From: Candidatus Sigynarchaeum calidifontis
Lineage (GTDB): Archaea > Asgardarchaeota > Lokiarchaeia > Sigyniarchaeales > Sigyniarchaeaceae
Reading direction: 5' to 3'
Assembly (NCBI GenBank): GCA_030587475.2
Contig: JAUQYZ020000067.1
Coordinates: forward strand, 1 to 14,039
Length of the DNA stretch: 14,039 bases
Part shown: positions 1 to 7,767 of the stretch, piece after piece
Numbering within the stretch: position 1 is the stretch's first letter
Layout: each line of letters begins with the position of its first letter
Notes under the pieces: model-generated
What the model saw: the letters and a program-made list of their open reading frames with translations, nothing else
Databases searched by the model: none
Told to the model about the DNA's origin: nothing
Made by a program: the position numbers and the translations under genes

Positions 1-1223
1 TCCTCGATCCGGGCCACCGACATGAGCTCGTTCTGGGCGCAGATCATGATGGCCTTGCCCCGCTTGACCGTGCCGTCGGCTTGGTTCAACCGGCCCGTGC
101 GCCCGATGCGGTGGATGTAGTTCTCCGCGTATTGCGGCACGTCGTAGACGATCACGTGCGTGATGTTGGGGATGTCGAGCCCCCGGGATGCCACGTCGGT
201 CGCGATCAGGTGGTGGATCTTGTGCGCCTTGAAATCGTTGATGATGCGCTCGCGCCGCTTCTGGCTCACGTTGCCGGTCATGGCGAGAATCGGGAAATGG
301 AAGTCCTCGGTCAACCGCTTCTCGAGAAACTCGACGCCCGATATCGTGTTCGTGAAGATGAGGCAGTGCTGTGGCTTCTCCTCTTGAATGATCTTCTTGA
401 GCATAGCATACTTGTGGTTGCGATCGAGCACGACGTACTTGACCTGCTCGATCTCGTCCACGACAAATTCGTCCTCGTTCTTTCCGATGCGGATGATCGT
501 GTTCTTGCCACGCGTGATGGCGTGGATGCTTTCGAGGATCTCCTGGAAGATCGTCGCGGAGAACAAGAGCATCTGCACGTGATCGCGCGGGAGCTTGCTG
601 AAGAGATACTCGATGTCCGGGAAAAAGCCCATATCGAGCATGCGATCGGCCTCGTCGAGCACGACTGTCCGGACGGTCGAAAAATCGAGGTAATTCTGCT
701 TGTAGAGATCGATGAGCCGCCCGGGCGTGGCCACGACGATGGCGATTTCCCCGTACGAGAGGCCGTCTTTTTGCTTGCCATAATCGACGCCGCCGTAGAT
801 CTCGAGCACGTTGATCTTGAAGGGGCGGCCGAGGGCACGCATGGTCTCGGCGTCTTGCAAGCATAGTTCCCGCGTCGGCACGAGCACCACGGCCTGCACG
901 GCCTTGATGTTCGGGTCGATCTTGTCGATGATGGGTGCCGTGAACGCCAGGGTCTTGCCCGTGCCTGTCTTGCTTTGCGCGACGACGTTGTGGCCGCGCA
1001 AGGCGAGCGGAATGGCTTTAGCTTGGACCTCCGTGGGTTTCACGAATCTCATGGTTTCAAGGATGCGCGGCAATTCCTTTTTGCGCCACTTGATATCGTA
1101 GAACGAGCGAATCACTTTATCGTCCGATCCCGCATGGATCGCCGGCATAACATCGTGATAAGGCGAGCCATGACTCTCCCGCCTCTGGCGGGCGTGATCG
1201 TCTTTCCATTTCGAGTTATCCAT
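1..1223 (-). CDS. DEAD-box ATP-dependent RNA helicase (3' end outside window)
   Basis: Hand translation from ATG at 1223 (in-frame TGA upstream): MDNSKWK...PTEVQ (Q motif), SKTGTGKT (motif I), VPTREL (Ia), YGG, ATPGRL (Ib), LDEADRMLDMGF (II), FSAT (III), LIFTNT (IV), ATDVASRGLDI (V), YIHRIGRTGR (VI). The frame stays open to position 1. Confidence 0.97.
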   Translation of the reverse strand, partial: MDNSKWKDDHARQRRESHGSPYHDVMPAIHAGSDDKVIRSFYDIKWRKKELPRILETMRFVKPTEVQAKAIPLALRGHNVVAQSKTGTGKTLAFTAPIIDKIDPNIKAVQAVVLVPTRELCLQDAETMRALGRPFKINVLEIYGGVDYGKQKDGLSYGEIAIVVATPGRLIDLYKQNYLDFSTVRTVVLDEADRMLDMGFFPDIEYLFSKLPRDHVQMLLFSATIFQEILESIHAITRGKNTIIRIGKNEDEFVVDEIEQVKYVVLDRNHKYAMLKKIIQEEKPQHCLIFTNTISGVEFLEKRLTEDFHFPILAMTGNVSQKRRERIINDFKAHKIHHLIATDVASRGLDIPNITHVIVYDVPQYAENYIHRIGRTGRLNQADGTVKRGKAIMICAQNELMSVARIE

Positions 1224-1303
1224 GAAAAGTACACTTTCGTTGCGTTTCAGTACACTGCGAAACGATCACGGTTAGCGTTTTCGTTGCCTTGTGCTGTCTA
1301 CGC

Positions 1304-1340
1304 GTTTTTAAGTAAACCCTCCCATAAATCCCTTTTCAAG
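1304..1340 (-). promoter_or_regulatory. Candidate BRE/TATA promoter of the helicase
   Basis: Minus strand reads CTTGAAAAGGGATTTATGGGAGGGTTTACTTAAAAAC. The GAAAAGG(G)-WTTTA pattern also occurs before the oxidoreductase operon (2767) and the mevalonate cluster (8189). Confidence 0.5.
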
Positions 1341-1511
1341 CCCGGGTGCTATCGCGGTCGATCCCTCGATATTATGCTCATGTATTGTTCTGGATAATAT
1401 TCGCCTCCTTAGCCCCGGTATCTCGAGAAGAATACCAGAGCAATACACGCGAATCCCGCGTGGCATATACTCGACCCACCTACCAAAAAAACTAAAAAAC
1501 GTGAAAAAACC

Positions 1512-1688
1512 ATGCACCTGATCACCGTACATCTCCCGGAAGCATACCTCGAAGGACTTGACAGCCTCGTGAACGAGCGCATCTATCCGAACCGCTCGGA
1601 AGCCATCCGCGTCGCCGTGCGCGATATGCTCAAGACCGAACTGTCCATGTTCTTGAAGCAAGCCGAGAAAGCCGAGCAGATAGAGTAA
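1512..1688 (+). CDS. Ribbon-helix-helix (CopG/MetJ-like) transcriptional regulator, CdrS-like, 58 aa
   Basis: MHLITVHLPEAYLEGLDSLVNERIYPNRSEAIRVAVRDMLKTELSMFLKQAEKAEQIE*: alternating N-terminal beta-strand (LITVHL), helix A, then YPNRSEAIR helix B, typical of archaeal CdrS-type RHH proteins. Confidence 0.92.
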   Translation: MHLITVHLPEAYLEGLDSLVNERIYPNRSEAIRVAVRDMLKTELSMFLKQAEKAEQIE

Positions 1689-1704
1689 ACGCCCGTTATC
1701 ACGA

Positions 1705-1745
1705 TTTTTTTTTCCCGTGCTTTTCCTTCCCGCCCTTTTCTTTCA
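1705..1745 (+). terminator. Oligo-T/pyrimidine-rich archaeal terminator
   Basis: T9 run at 1705-1713 followed by a pyrimidine tract, just after the RHH stop and between convergent genes. Confidence 0.6.
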
Positions 1746-1773
1746 TTAAGACTTGAAAAATAGAAGTTCTTTC

Positions 1774-2673
1774 CTATTGTTTCGTGGTCTCCTTGCGTAA
1801 TGGTTCCTCGATTTTACTTGTCTCGACCACTTTTTCCTTGCGGAACGCGGTCGAAAGCACGACGCCGACGATGGCGATGGATATGCCGGTAACTTGAAAC
1901 GCGGTAGGGGATACGCCGTAAAACAAGGCCTCGAGCACGAGCGGGAGGAGGACATAGAACACGGTATATGCCGGGACGACCGTGACCGCCTTTCCTCTCG
2001 TGTACCCGACGTTCGTGAGTAATAGCGCTGCCATACTAGCAGCGAACGAGATGTAGAAGAAGACATTCGCAAAGCCGCTGAACGCGCCGAGATCGATGGT
2101 TGTGCCGACATCCTTGGACATGCTCTTGAAGACGTTGTCGAGCCCGCCGCAAGAACCTGCAACAATGCCCCAGATCAGTCCCCACAAGCGCTTGGTGCGT
2201 GCCGTGTAGAGGATGATCGCCGCGAAGATGGCGCCGATCGTGATCATCGACATGACAAAGTTATACCACGTCATCGTCCTCGTGGTGGGCCGTTCCCAGA
2301 AGATCGAGGCGATCCCGAACAGGAACGTCCCGCCGACAATCATGACCGCGCCCGCCAGCTCGTACATCCCGATGGGTTCCTTTAACACCTTGTACGCGTA
2401 GACGATAACGACCACGATGCCGAGACCCATCATCGCAGAGTACACGGTCGCCGGCGCGCCGAGGATCGTCTGTGCCACGATCTGGAACACTGGCTGCACC
2501 GCTGAAAACGAGATGCCGACGAGCCAGATGACCCCTTTCTTTGCACGGGCATTTCCTGCCATTTTCTCCTTCTGGAACAGCTGGATGCCTTGCTTTTGGA
2601 GGGCTTTACCAAGGTTCAGCGTGCCCGCCATTGCCAAGCCGAACACGATGCCCCAAACGACCTTTTCATCCAT
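1774..2673 (-). CDS. DMT-superfamily membrane transporter, NIPA (Mg2+ transporter)-like
   Basis: About 9 hydrophobic segments. Motifs LGKALQKQG, IWLVG, APATVYSAMMGLGIV..YKVLKEPI..E..G...I.GG and LTNVGY...KAVTVVPAY resemble DMT/NIPA proteins. ATG at 2673 lies about 10 nt after GGTGA; the alternative start is TTG at 2682. Confidence 0.75.
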   Translation of the reverse strand: MDEKVVWGIVFGLAMAGTLNLGKALQKQGIQLFQKEKMAGNARAKKGVIWLVGISFSAVQPVFQIVAQTILGAPATVYSAMMGLGIVVVIVYAYKVLKEPIGMYELAGAVMIVGGTFLFGIASIFWERPTTRTMTWYNFVMSMITIGAIFAAIILYTARTKRLWGLIWGIVAGSCGGLDNVFKSMSKDVGTTIDLGAFSGFANVFFYISFAASMAALLLTNVGYTRGKAVTVVPAYTVFYVLLPLVLEALFYGVSPTAFQVTGISIAIVGVVLSTAFRKEKVVETSKIEEPLRKETTKQ

Positions 2674-2766
2674 GGTTTTCAATTCACCTTAGATGATAAC
2701 GCGACGTCGGGCGCATAAAAACAGATATGAGCAAGATCGGAGGATCGGTTATCGAATTGATGGCTT

Positions 2767-2781
2767 GAAAAGGATTTAAAA
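2767..2781 (+). promoter_or_regulatory. BRE + TATA box of the oxidoreductase operon
   Basis: GAAAAGGA-TTTAAAA in the divergent intergenic region, about 100 nt before the ATG at 2884. Confidence 0.6.
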
Positions 2782-2883
2782 CAAGCAGCCAAAGGTCAAA
2801 TGACAGAAGCGGGTGAACGATGCTTCCATCGGAGCCGCGTTGAAGGTTGATGCACCCCCGCGTTTCCCCCACTGGTGACACGC

Positions 2884-3162
2884 ATGCCGAAATTGCTAAC
2901 GAAAAGGAAAAAGGTCTTGTTTTTCCAGAAGAATCGGTGCCAGGGCTGCGAGATGTGCGTCGTGGCATGTCCGACCGGCGTGCTCGAGCTCTCGGACGAG
3001 TACAACATGCGCGCTGCTCAAATTCCTAAAATCAAGGCCGGCAAGGAGAAATCATGCATATTGTGCCAGCGGTGCGAGTTCGCGTGCCCGAACTGGGCGA
3101 TATACGTGATCGACGAGCAACCGGTCGAAAAGACACCTGCCGGGGAGGTTGCAAAGGTATAG
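2884..3162 (+). CDS. korD: 2x[4Fe-4S] ferredoxin, delta subunit of 2-oxoacid:ferredoxin oxidoreductase
   Basis: CQGCEMCVVACP and CILCQRCEFACP motifs; GGTGA at 2874-2878 before the ATG at 2884; first gene of the OFOR operon. The symbol denotes the family; substrate is not established. Confidence 0.92.
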   Translation: MPKLLTKRKKVLFFQKNRCQGCEMCVVACPTGVLELSDEYNMRAAQIPKIKAGKEKSCILCQRCEFACPNWAIYVIDEQPVEKTPAGEVAKV

Positions 3163-3185
3163 CTGCCGCCGCGAGATGAAACATC

Positions 3186-4364
3186 ATGATTAACGAAGCA
3201 AAACGATACATGGCCCCTGGCAAGCACGTCTTGATGGGCAACGTTGCCATGGCCGAGGGTGCGATGGCCGCCGGTCTCACGTTCTTCGGCGGGTACCCGA
3301 TCACCCCGTCCACCGAGGTGCCCGAGCACCTCGTCTCTCGCCTTCCCGAAACGGGTGGCGCCTTCATCCAGATGGAGGACGAGCTGGCGGCAATAAACGC
3401 AGTGGCCGGGGCGAGCGTCGCGGGCGCCAAGGCCATGACCGCGACGTCGGGCCCCGGCACGTCGCTCATGGCCGAGACGATATCCATGGCCGCGGCGATG
3501 GAAATCCCCCTCGTTATATGCGATGTGCAGCGGAACGGCCCCGGTACGGGCCTGGTCACGGCTCCGCACCACAACGACGTGTTCCAGTGCAAGTACAGCG
3601 GCAATGGAGAGTACGAGGTCATCGCCTACGCTCCCATGTCTTGCCAGGAGTTATACGATCTCACGATCGAGGCTTTCAACGCCGCGGAGACCTATCGCTG
3701 TCCCACGTACATCATGTCCGACGCGTACCTGGGTCACTTGCACGAGCAAGTGATAATCCCGCCCGCGGTAGAGGTCAAGAAGCGCGTTATCGACAGGAAA
3801 ATCCTTGATAAGCCGAATCCTGAGAAATTTACCTTCATGGACAGCCAAGGGACTATCCATATCCCTCCGCCTCCTGTCCTCGGCACTCCCAACTTTCCAA
3901 CCACGTTTATATCACAGCCACACGGTCCCGACGGTATCCCGGTCAATGAGGACCAGGTCTTGAAACCTAATACCTTGTTGGTCGAAAAGATCACGAAAAA
4001 TGTCGAGAAAATCGCCAAGACGGAGACATATATGCTCGAAGATGCGGAGATCGTCCTCATCGCATATGGCCTGACAGCACGAGTTTGCTACCATGTCGTG
4101 AACACGGCTCGGAAGCAAGGCTTGAAGGTTGGCCTGTTCCGGCTCGTGACGCTCTGGCCATTCCCCTATGACCGCGTGAAGAAAGCCATCGCGAAAGCGA
4201 AGGTGGTCATCGTTCCCGAAATGAACCTCGGTCTTATGGCGGGCGAGGTCGAGCGTTGCAAGCCGCTGGAAACCCCGATGTACAAGGTCCCGAAGATCGC
4301 CGACATCCACGAGCCAGGCGAGATCATGGCCGTGGTAAAAAAAGCAAACGAGGTGCCGGCTTGA
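3186..4364 (+). CDS. korA: 2-oxoacid:ferredoxin oxidoreductase alpha subunit
   Basis: GN.AMAEGA, GYPITPSTE, QMEDELAAI, TATSGPG, EIPLVI.DVQR.GP, TLWPFP and PEMNLG motifs. Confidence 0.95.
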   Translation: MINEAKRYMAPGKHVLMGNVAMAEGAMAAGLTFFGGYPITPSTEVPEHLVSRLPETGGAFIQMEDELAAINAVAGASVAGAKAMTATSGPGTSLMAETISMAAAMEIPLVICDVQRNGPGTGLVTAPHHNDVFQCKYSGNGEYEVIAYAPMSCQELYDLTIEAFNAAETYRCPTYIMSDAYLGHLHEQVIIPPAVEVKKRVIDRKILDKPNPEKFTFMDSQGTIHIPPPPVLGTPNFPTTFISQPHGPDGIPVNEDQVLKPNTLLVEKITKNVEKIAKTETYMLEDAEIVLIAYGLTARVCYHVVNTARKQGLKVGLFRLVTLWPFPYDRVKKAIAKAKVVIVPEMNLGLMAGEVERCKPLETPMYKVPKIADIHEPGEIMAVVKKANEVPA

Positions 4365-5251
4365 TGTCCCCGCAGATAACGACATATCCCAACGAGAAGC
4401 CGGAGCTCCAGCTCACCCTTCAAACGATGGGCGGGCTCATGACCGGCAATTTCTGGTCCTATTTTTGCGGAGGTTGTGGCTATGGCATCATCTTCCACTT
4501 GTTCGACAAGGTGTTCATCGAGGAGAGGCTTGACCCGTTCAAATTTCCCGTGATCATTGGCATCGGTTGTTACACGCAAGGGAACACGCTGGTGCCTGCC
4601 TCGGCGCAGCGCGTCACGACACTCCACGGCCGGGCTCCCGCCATGGCGACGGGCATAAAACTTGCCAACCCCGCACTGAAACCGATCATCCTCACGGGCG
4701 ATGGCGACTGTCTCGGCATCGGTGGCAACCATTTCATCCATTTATGCCGCCGCAACCTCGACACGGTCGTCCTACTCTTCAACAACTCGATCTATGGCAT
4801 GACCGGCGGGCAAGTGGCACCGACGACGCCTCCGGGGGCATCCACGATGACGACGCTCGGGCCGGTTTTCGAGAACCGCATGGACGGCGTGAAGTTGGCG
4901 CTCGCAGCCGGAGCCACCTACGTGGCGCGGACGACCGTCGCCCACCCGCGCACGTTCATGCGGTACCTCAAAAAAGCTATCAAGCACCAGGGCACGTCAG
5001 TCATTGAGGTCGTATCGCCATGCGTCACGTATTTCGGCCGCAAGAACGTGAACGACGAGGGACAGCGCATGGACACCGGCGGGGCACTCCTGGACTGGAT
5101 CAAAATGCGAACTATATGGAACAACCAGGCCAAACTCCTGAGCGAGGCCGAGCTGGCCGACAAGTACATCATCGGTGAATTCCGCGAGGAAGTCCGGCCC
5201 GAGTACGCGGTTGAATACGAAAAAGTCAAGAAAAGGGCCATGGAGGGATGA
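4364..5251 (+). CDS. korB: 2-oxoacid:ferredoxin oxidoreductase beta (TPP-binding) subunit
   Basis: CGGCG, GIGC, LHGRA, GDGD..GIGGNH, NNSIYGMTGGQ.APTT and SPCVTY motifs. The start overlaps the alpha stop (TGATG at 4362-4366). Confidence 0.95.
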   Translation: MSPQITTYPNEKPELQLTLQTMGGLMTGNFWSYFCGGCGYGIIFHLFDKVFIEERLDPFKFPVIIGIGCYTQGNTLVPASAQRVTTLHGRAPAMATGIKLANPALKPIILTGDGDCLGIGGNHFIHLCRRNLDTVVLLFNNSIYGMTGGQVAPTTPPGASTMTTLGPVFENRMDGVKLALAAGATYVARTTVAHPRTFMRYLKKAIKHQGTSVIEVVSPCVTYFGRKNVNDEGQRMDTGGALLDWIKMRTIWNNQAKLLSEAELADKYIIGEFREEVRPEYAVEYEKVKKRAMEG

Positions 5252-5255
5252 TGAG

Positions 5256-5861
5256 ATGAACAGGTACGAGATCCATGCCGTTGGCCTCGGGGGGATGGGC
5301 GTCATCCAGCTTTCCAAGCTCATCACGAAAGCAGCCGTTAACTACCAGGATCTCATTGCCGTGCAGACCGAAGCCTACAGCGCGCAAGCACGTGGCGGTA
5401 GCTGCTGGGCAGACGTGGTCGTCGAGCTCGACAAGGCCGAGAAAATGATCGACTACCCCAAGGCGCTGAGCCCGTACGACTTCGTCTTCGTGCTATCCGA
5501 GGAGGCTGCCGCGAGCGTGAAAAAAAACGATGTAAAGGATACCGGGTGGGTGCTCTGGGACTCTTCCATCATCAGCAAGTTTCGTGTGGCTTCCAAGCTG
5601 CCCTCGCTTGCCATACCCGCGCAAGAGATGGCGATCAAGGAGTTTGGCGAATCTGTCATCGGCAGCTCTATCTTGTTCGGCGCGTTCTGCAGCTTGTCGG
5701 GCATCATTTCCAAGGACGCCGCGCTGAAGACCCTGGAGGCGTCGGTGCCGAAGAACAGCGCGGAGAAGAACCTCGCCGCCTTCGAGAGGGGCTGGGACCT
5801 CGGTGAAAAGAGAAAGACCGAGCCGCGCATTCCCGAAAAGCCGGAAAAGGAGAAGAAATAG
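5256..5861 (+). CDS. korC: 2-oxoacid:ferredoxin oxidoreductase gamma subunit
   Basis: GLGGMGV, QTEAYSAQARGG.C..DVV, IDYP and N..AFERG motifs; ATG at 5256 follows GGAGG, 4 nt after the beta stop. Confidence 0.93.
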   Translation: MNRYEIHAVGLGGMGVIQLSKLITKAAVNYQDLIAVQTEAYSAQARGGSCWADVVVELDKAEKMIDYPKALSPYDFVFVLSEEAAASVKKNDVKDTGWVLWDSSIISKFRVASKLPSLAIPAQEMAIKEFGESVIGSSILFGAFCSLSGIISKDAALKTLEASVPKNSAEKNLAAFERGWDLGEKRKTEPRIPEKPEKEKK

Positions 5862-5870
5862 GGGATCACC

Positions 5871-7679
5871 ATGGTCGGAACTATCAAAAAAGGCTGGAAG
5901 GAACTCAAGGCGGAGATCGTCGACACTGGGAAATGTTGCCTCTGCGGGGCGTGCGTAAACTTTTGTGACAACTTGATGATGACCCCCGCCGGCCCGGCAG
6001 AACAAAGCATGCTATGCAGCGACACGTCCACGTGCCGCGAGGGCTTCGGTACTTGCTATAACTTGTGCCCCTACACCGGAACCGGCGAGCTCCCCATCGC
6101 CTTGCTGGACAAGTGGGTGCACGACCGGCTTTCACAGGACCCTGATAACGAGTTCAAGCACGACGTCGCGATCGTGGCAGCTCGATACACCGGCTCAAAG
6201 GGAAATGCAAGGTTCTCTGGTGGCGGCGCGGAGGTAGGCCTTCTCATCGCGGCGCTCCGTGCCGGCATCATCGACGGCGTCATCACGTCCTTTATCGGTT
6301 CGGATATCCCTTCCGTCGTGGACACGGAGGACGGTATACTGCAATCTGCCCACGCGACCGCCTTTGCCAACGCGCCGCTCGCGGGGATCTCGGCGGCGCT
6401 CGAAAGCGGTTATGAAGCACTCGCCATCGTTGGAAGCGGGTGCGAGATACAAGCCTTGCGCAAGATGCAAAACCACCCGCGAGTGGATCTGGAGATCCAC
6501 GATCTCGTCACCCTCGCGATCGGGTCGTTCTGCTTTTTCATGCCGAAACCAGACAAGTTCACCACGTATCTCCAGGCAAGAAACATCGACCGGGCTGCGA
6601 TCCGGTGGATCGGCCACGACAAGAGCCCGTTCAAGTACGCGATCGACGCTGGGGGCGAGGCAACAGTCGTTCCCCTCAACGAGCTGTACGAGGCTTGCGC
6701 GAAAGGGAGCTGTTTTTCGTGCGCGGACGGCACCGCGGGCCTCGCGGACATCAGCGTGGGCGTCGTGGACGCGCTGCCCGGGTGGAGCGTGTTGATCGTG
6801 CGCACGGCGAGGGGGTTTCAAGTGCTGGATGCCGCCAGGCGGCTCGGTCTTGTTGAAACGCAAGGGCTGAATAACATCGTCAAGGAAACCGTGCTCGAGG
6901 TCACCCGGAACAAGCTCGTTTTCGCGCCGATCGTTTCCATCCGGGACGAGGGCGTTGACATGAAGACGTTCATGTTCTCCGCCCCTACCATCGCGAGAAG
7001 CTATAAACCGGGCCAGTTCGTCGTTTTGTGGCTTCCAGACATCGACTTCTTGCCCATGGGCATCGCGCACGTGTCTGGTGATCACGTCGAGATCACGGTG
7101 CAGCGGGTCGGCGAGGGCACGGGCGCGCTCTTCAAAATGCAAGTAGGCGACAAGGTGGGCATCCGGGGGCCATACGGGAACGGGTGGGACTTGAGCAAGG
7201 ACGATTACCTGGCCGTCGGGGGTGGTGTCGGCATCGCGGAGATATCGAACGCGATCGACGACCTCGTGGCGCGTAACAAGCGGGTGACGGCCATTCTCGC
7301 GGGCAGGACAAAAGATCACGTGTTTTGCGACGATCTATATGAAGGCAAGATCCAGCAAGTATGCATCATGACGGACGACGGTTCCGCCGGGGCAAAGGGT
7401 TTTGCCACGGATGCTGTTGAAAAACTCGTGAAAGAAAACGGGATAAAGAACATCATCACGTGTGGCCCTGAAATAATGATGAAAAAGGTGGTCGATATCG
7501 CTCGCCGCCTTGGCATAGCCGTGCAAGCCAGCATCGAGCGAAAGATGAAATGTTGCGTCGGATTGTGCGGGACTTGCTGCGTTGGCGAGAATAATGACGT
7601 GGCTATTTGCAAGATGGGACCCGTGTTCGACCAGGACAAGTTGGCGAGATTCCCAAGCTTTGGCACTTACAAGAAATAA
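5871..7679 (+). CDS. Fusion: ferredoxin + FrhB/FpoF-family (F420 hydrogenase/dehydrogenase beta) domain + PyrK-type dihydroorotate dehydrogenase electron-transfer (FAD/NAD, [2Fe-2S]) domain
   Basis: N-half: CCLCGACVNFC, C..TCYNLCP, GG...GLLIAAL, AIVGSGCEIQALRK, IGSFC, CFSCAD.TA.LADISVG, GWSVLIVRT. C-half: PGQFVVLWLP, RVGEGT, GIRGPYGNG, VGGGVGIA, TDDGS.G, CGPEIMMK, ERKMKCCVGLCGTC..C..GPVF. One uninterrupted frame. Confidence 0.9.
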   Translation: MVGTIKKGWKELKAEIVDTGKCCLCGACVNFCDNLMMTPAGPAEQSMLCSDTSTCREGFGTCYNLCPYTGTGELPIALLDKWVHDRLSQDPDNEFKHDVAIVAARYTGSKGNARFSGGGAEVGLLIAALRAGIIDGVITSFIGSDIPSVVDTEDGILQSAHATAFANAPLAGISAALESGYEALAIVGSGCEIQALRKMQNHPRVDLEIHDLVTLAIGSFCFFMPKPDKFTTYLQARNIDRAAIRWIGHDKSPFKYAIDAGGEATVVPLNELYEACAKGSCFSCADGTAGLADISVGVVDALPGWSVLIVRTARGFQVLDAARRLGLVETQGLNNIVKETVLEVTRNKLVFAPIVSIRDEGVDMKTFMFSAPTIARSYKPGQFVVLWLPDIDFLPMGIAHVSGDHVEITVQRVGEGTGALFKMQVGDKVGIRGPYGNGWDLSKDDYLAVGGGVGIAEISNAIDDLVARNKRVTAILAGRTKDHVFCDDLYEGKIQQVCIMTDDGSAGAKGFATDAVEKLVKENGIKNIITCGPEIMMKKVVDIARRLGIAVQASIERKMKCCVGLCGTCCVGENNDVAICKMGPVFDQDKLARFPSFGTYKK

Positions 7680-7767
7680 TGAACGGGTCGAGCGCTTGGT
7701 TTCCCGATACTCTTTTTTATGTCTCGTTGCTTTACCACCCACGTATCAAACGAGTCGTGAGCGTTGT

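Noticed and set aside
81-866. 261-aa plus-strand ORF
   Set aside because: Antisense shadow of the DEAD-box helicase; all recognisable motifs are on the minus strand.
975-1661. ORFs 975..1397 (+) and 1308..1661 (-)
   Set aside because: They overlap the helicase start or are antisense to the RHH gene, and have no motifs.
6195-7319. 374-aa minus-strand ORF
   Set aside because: Antisense to the FrhB-PyrK fusion; long shadow frames are expected with GC-rich codon bias.
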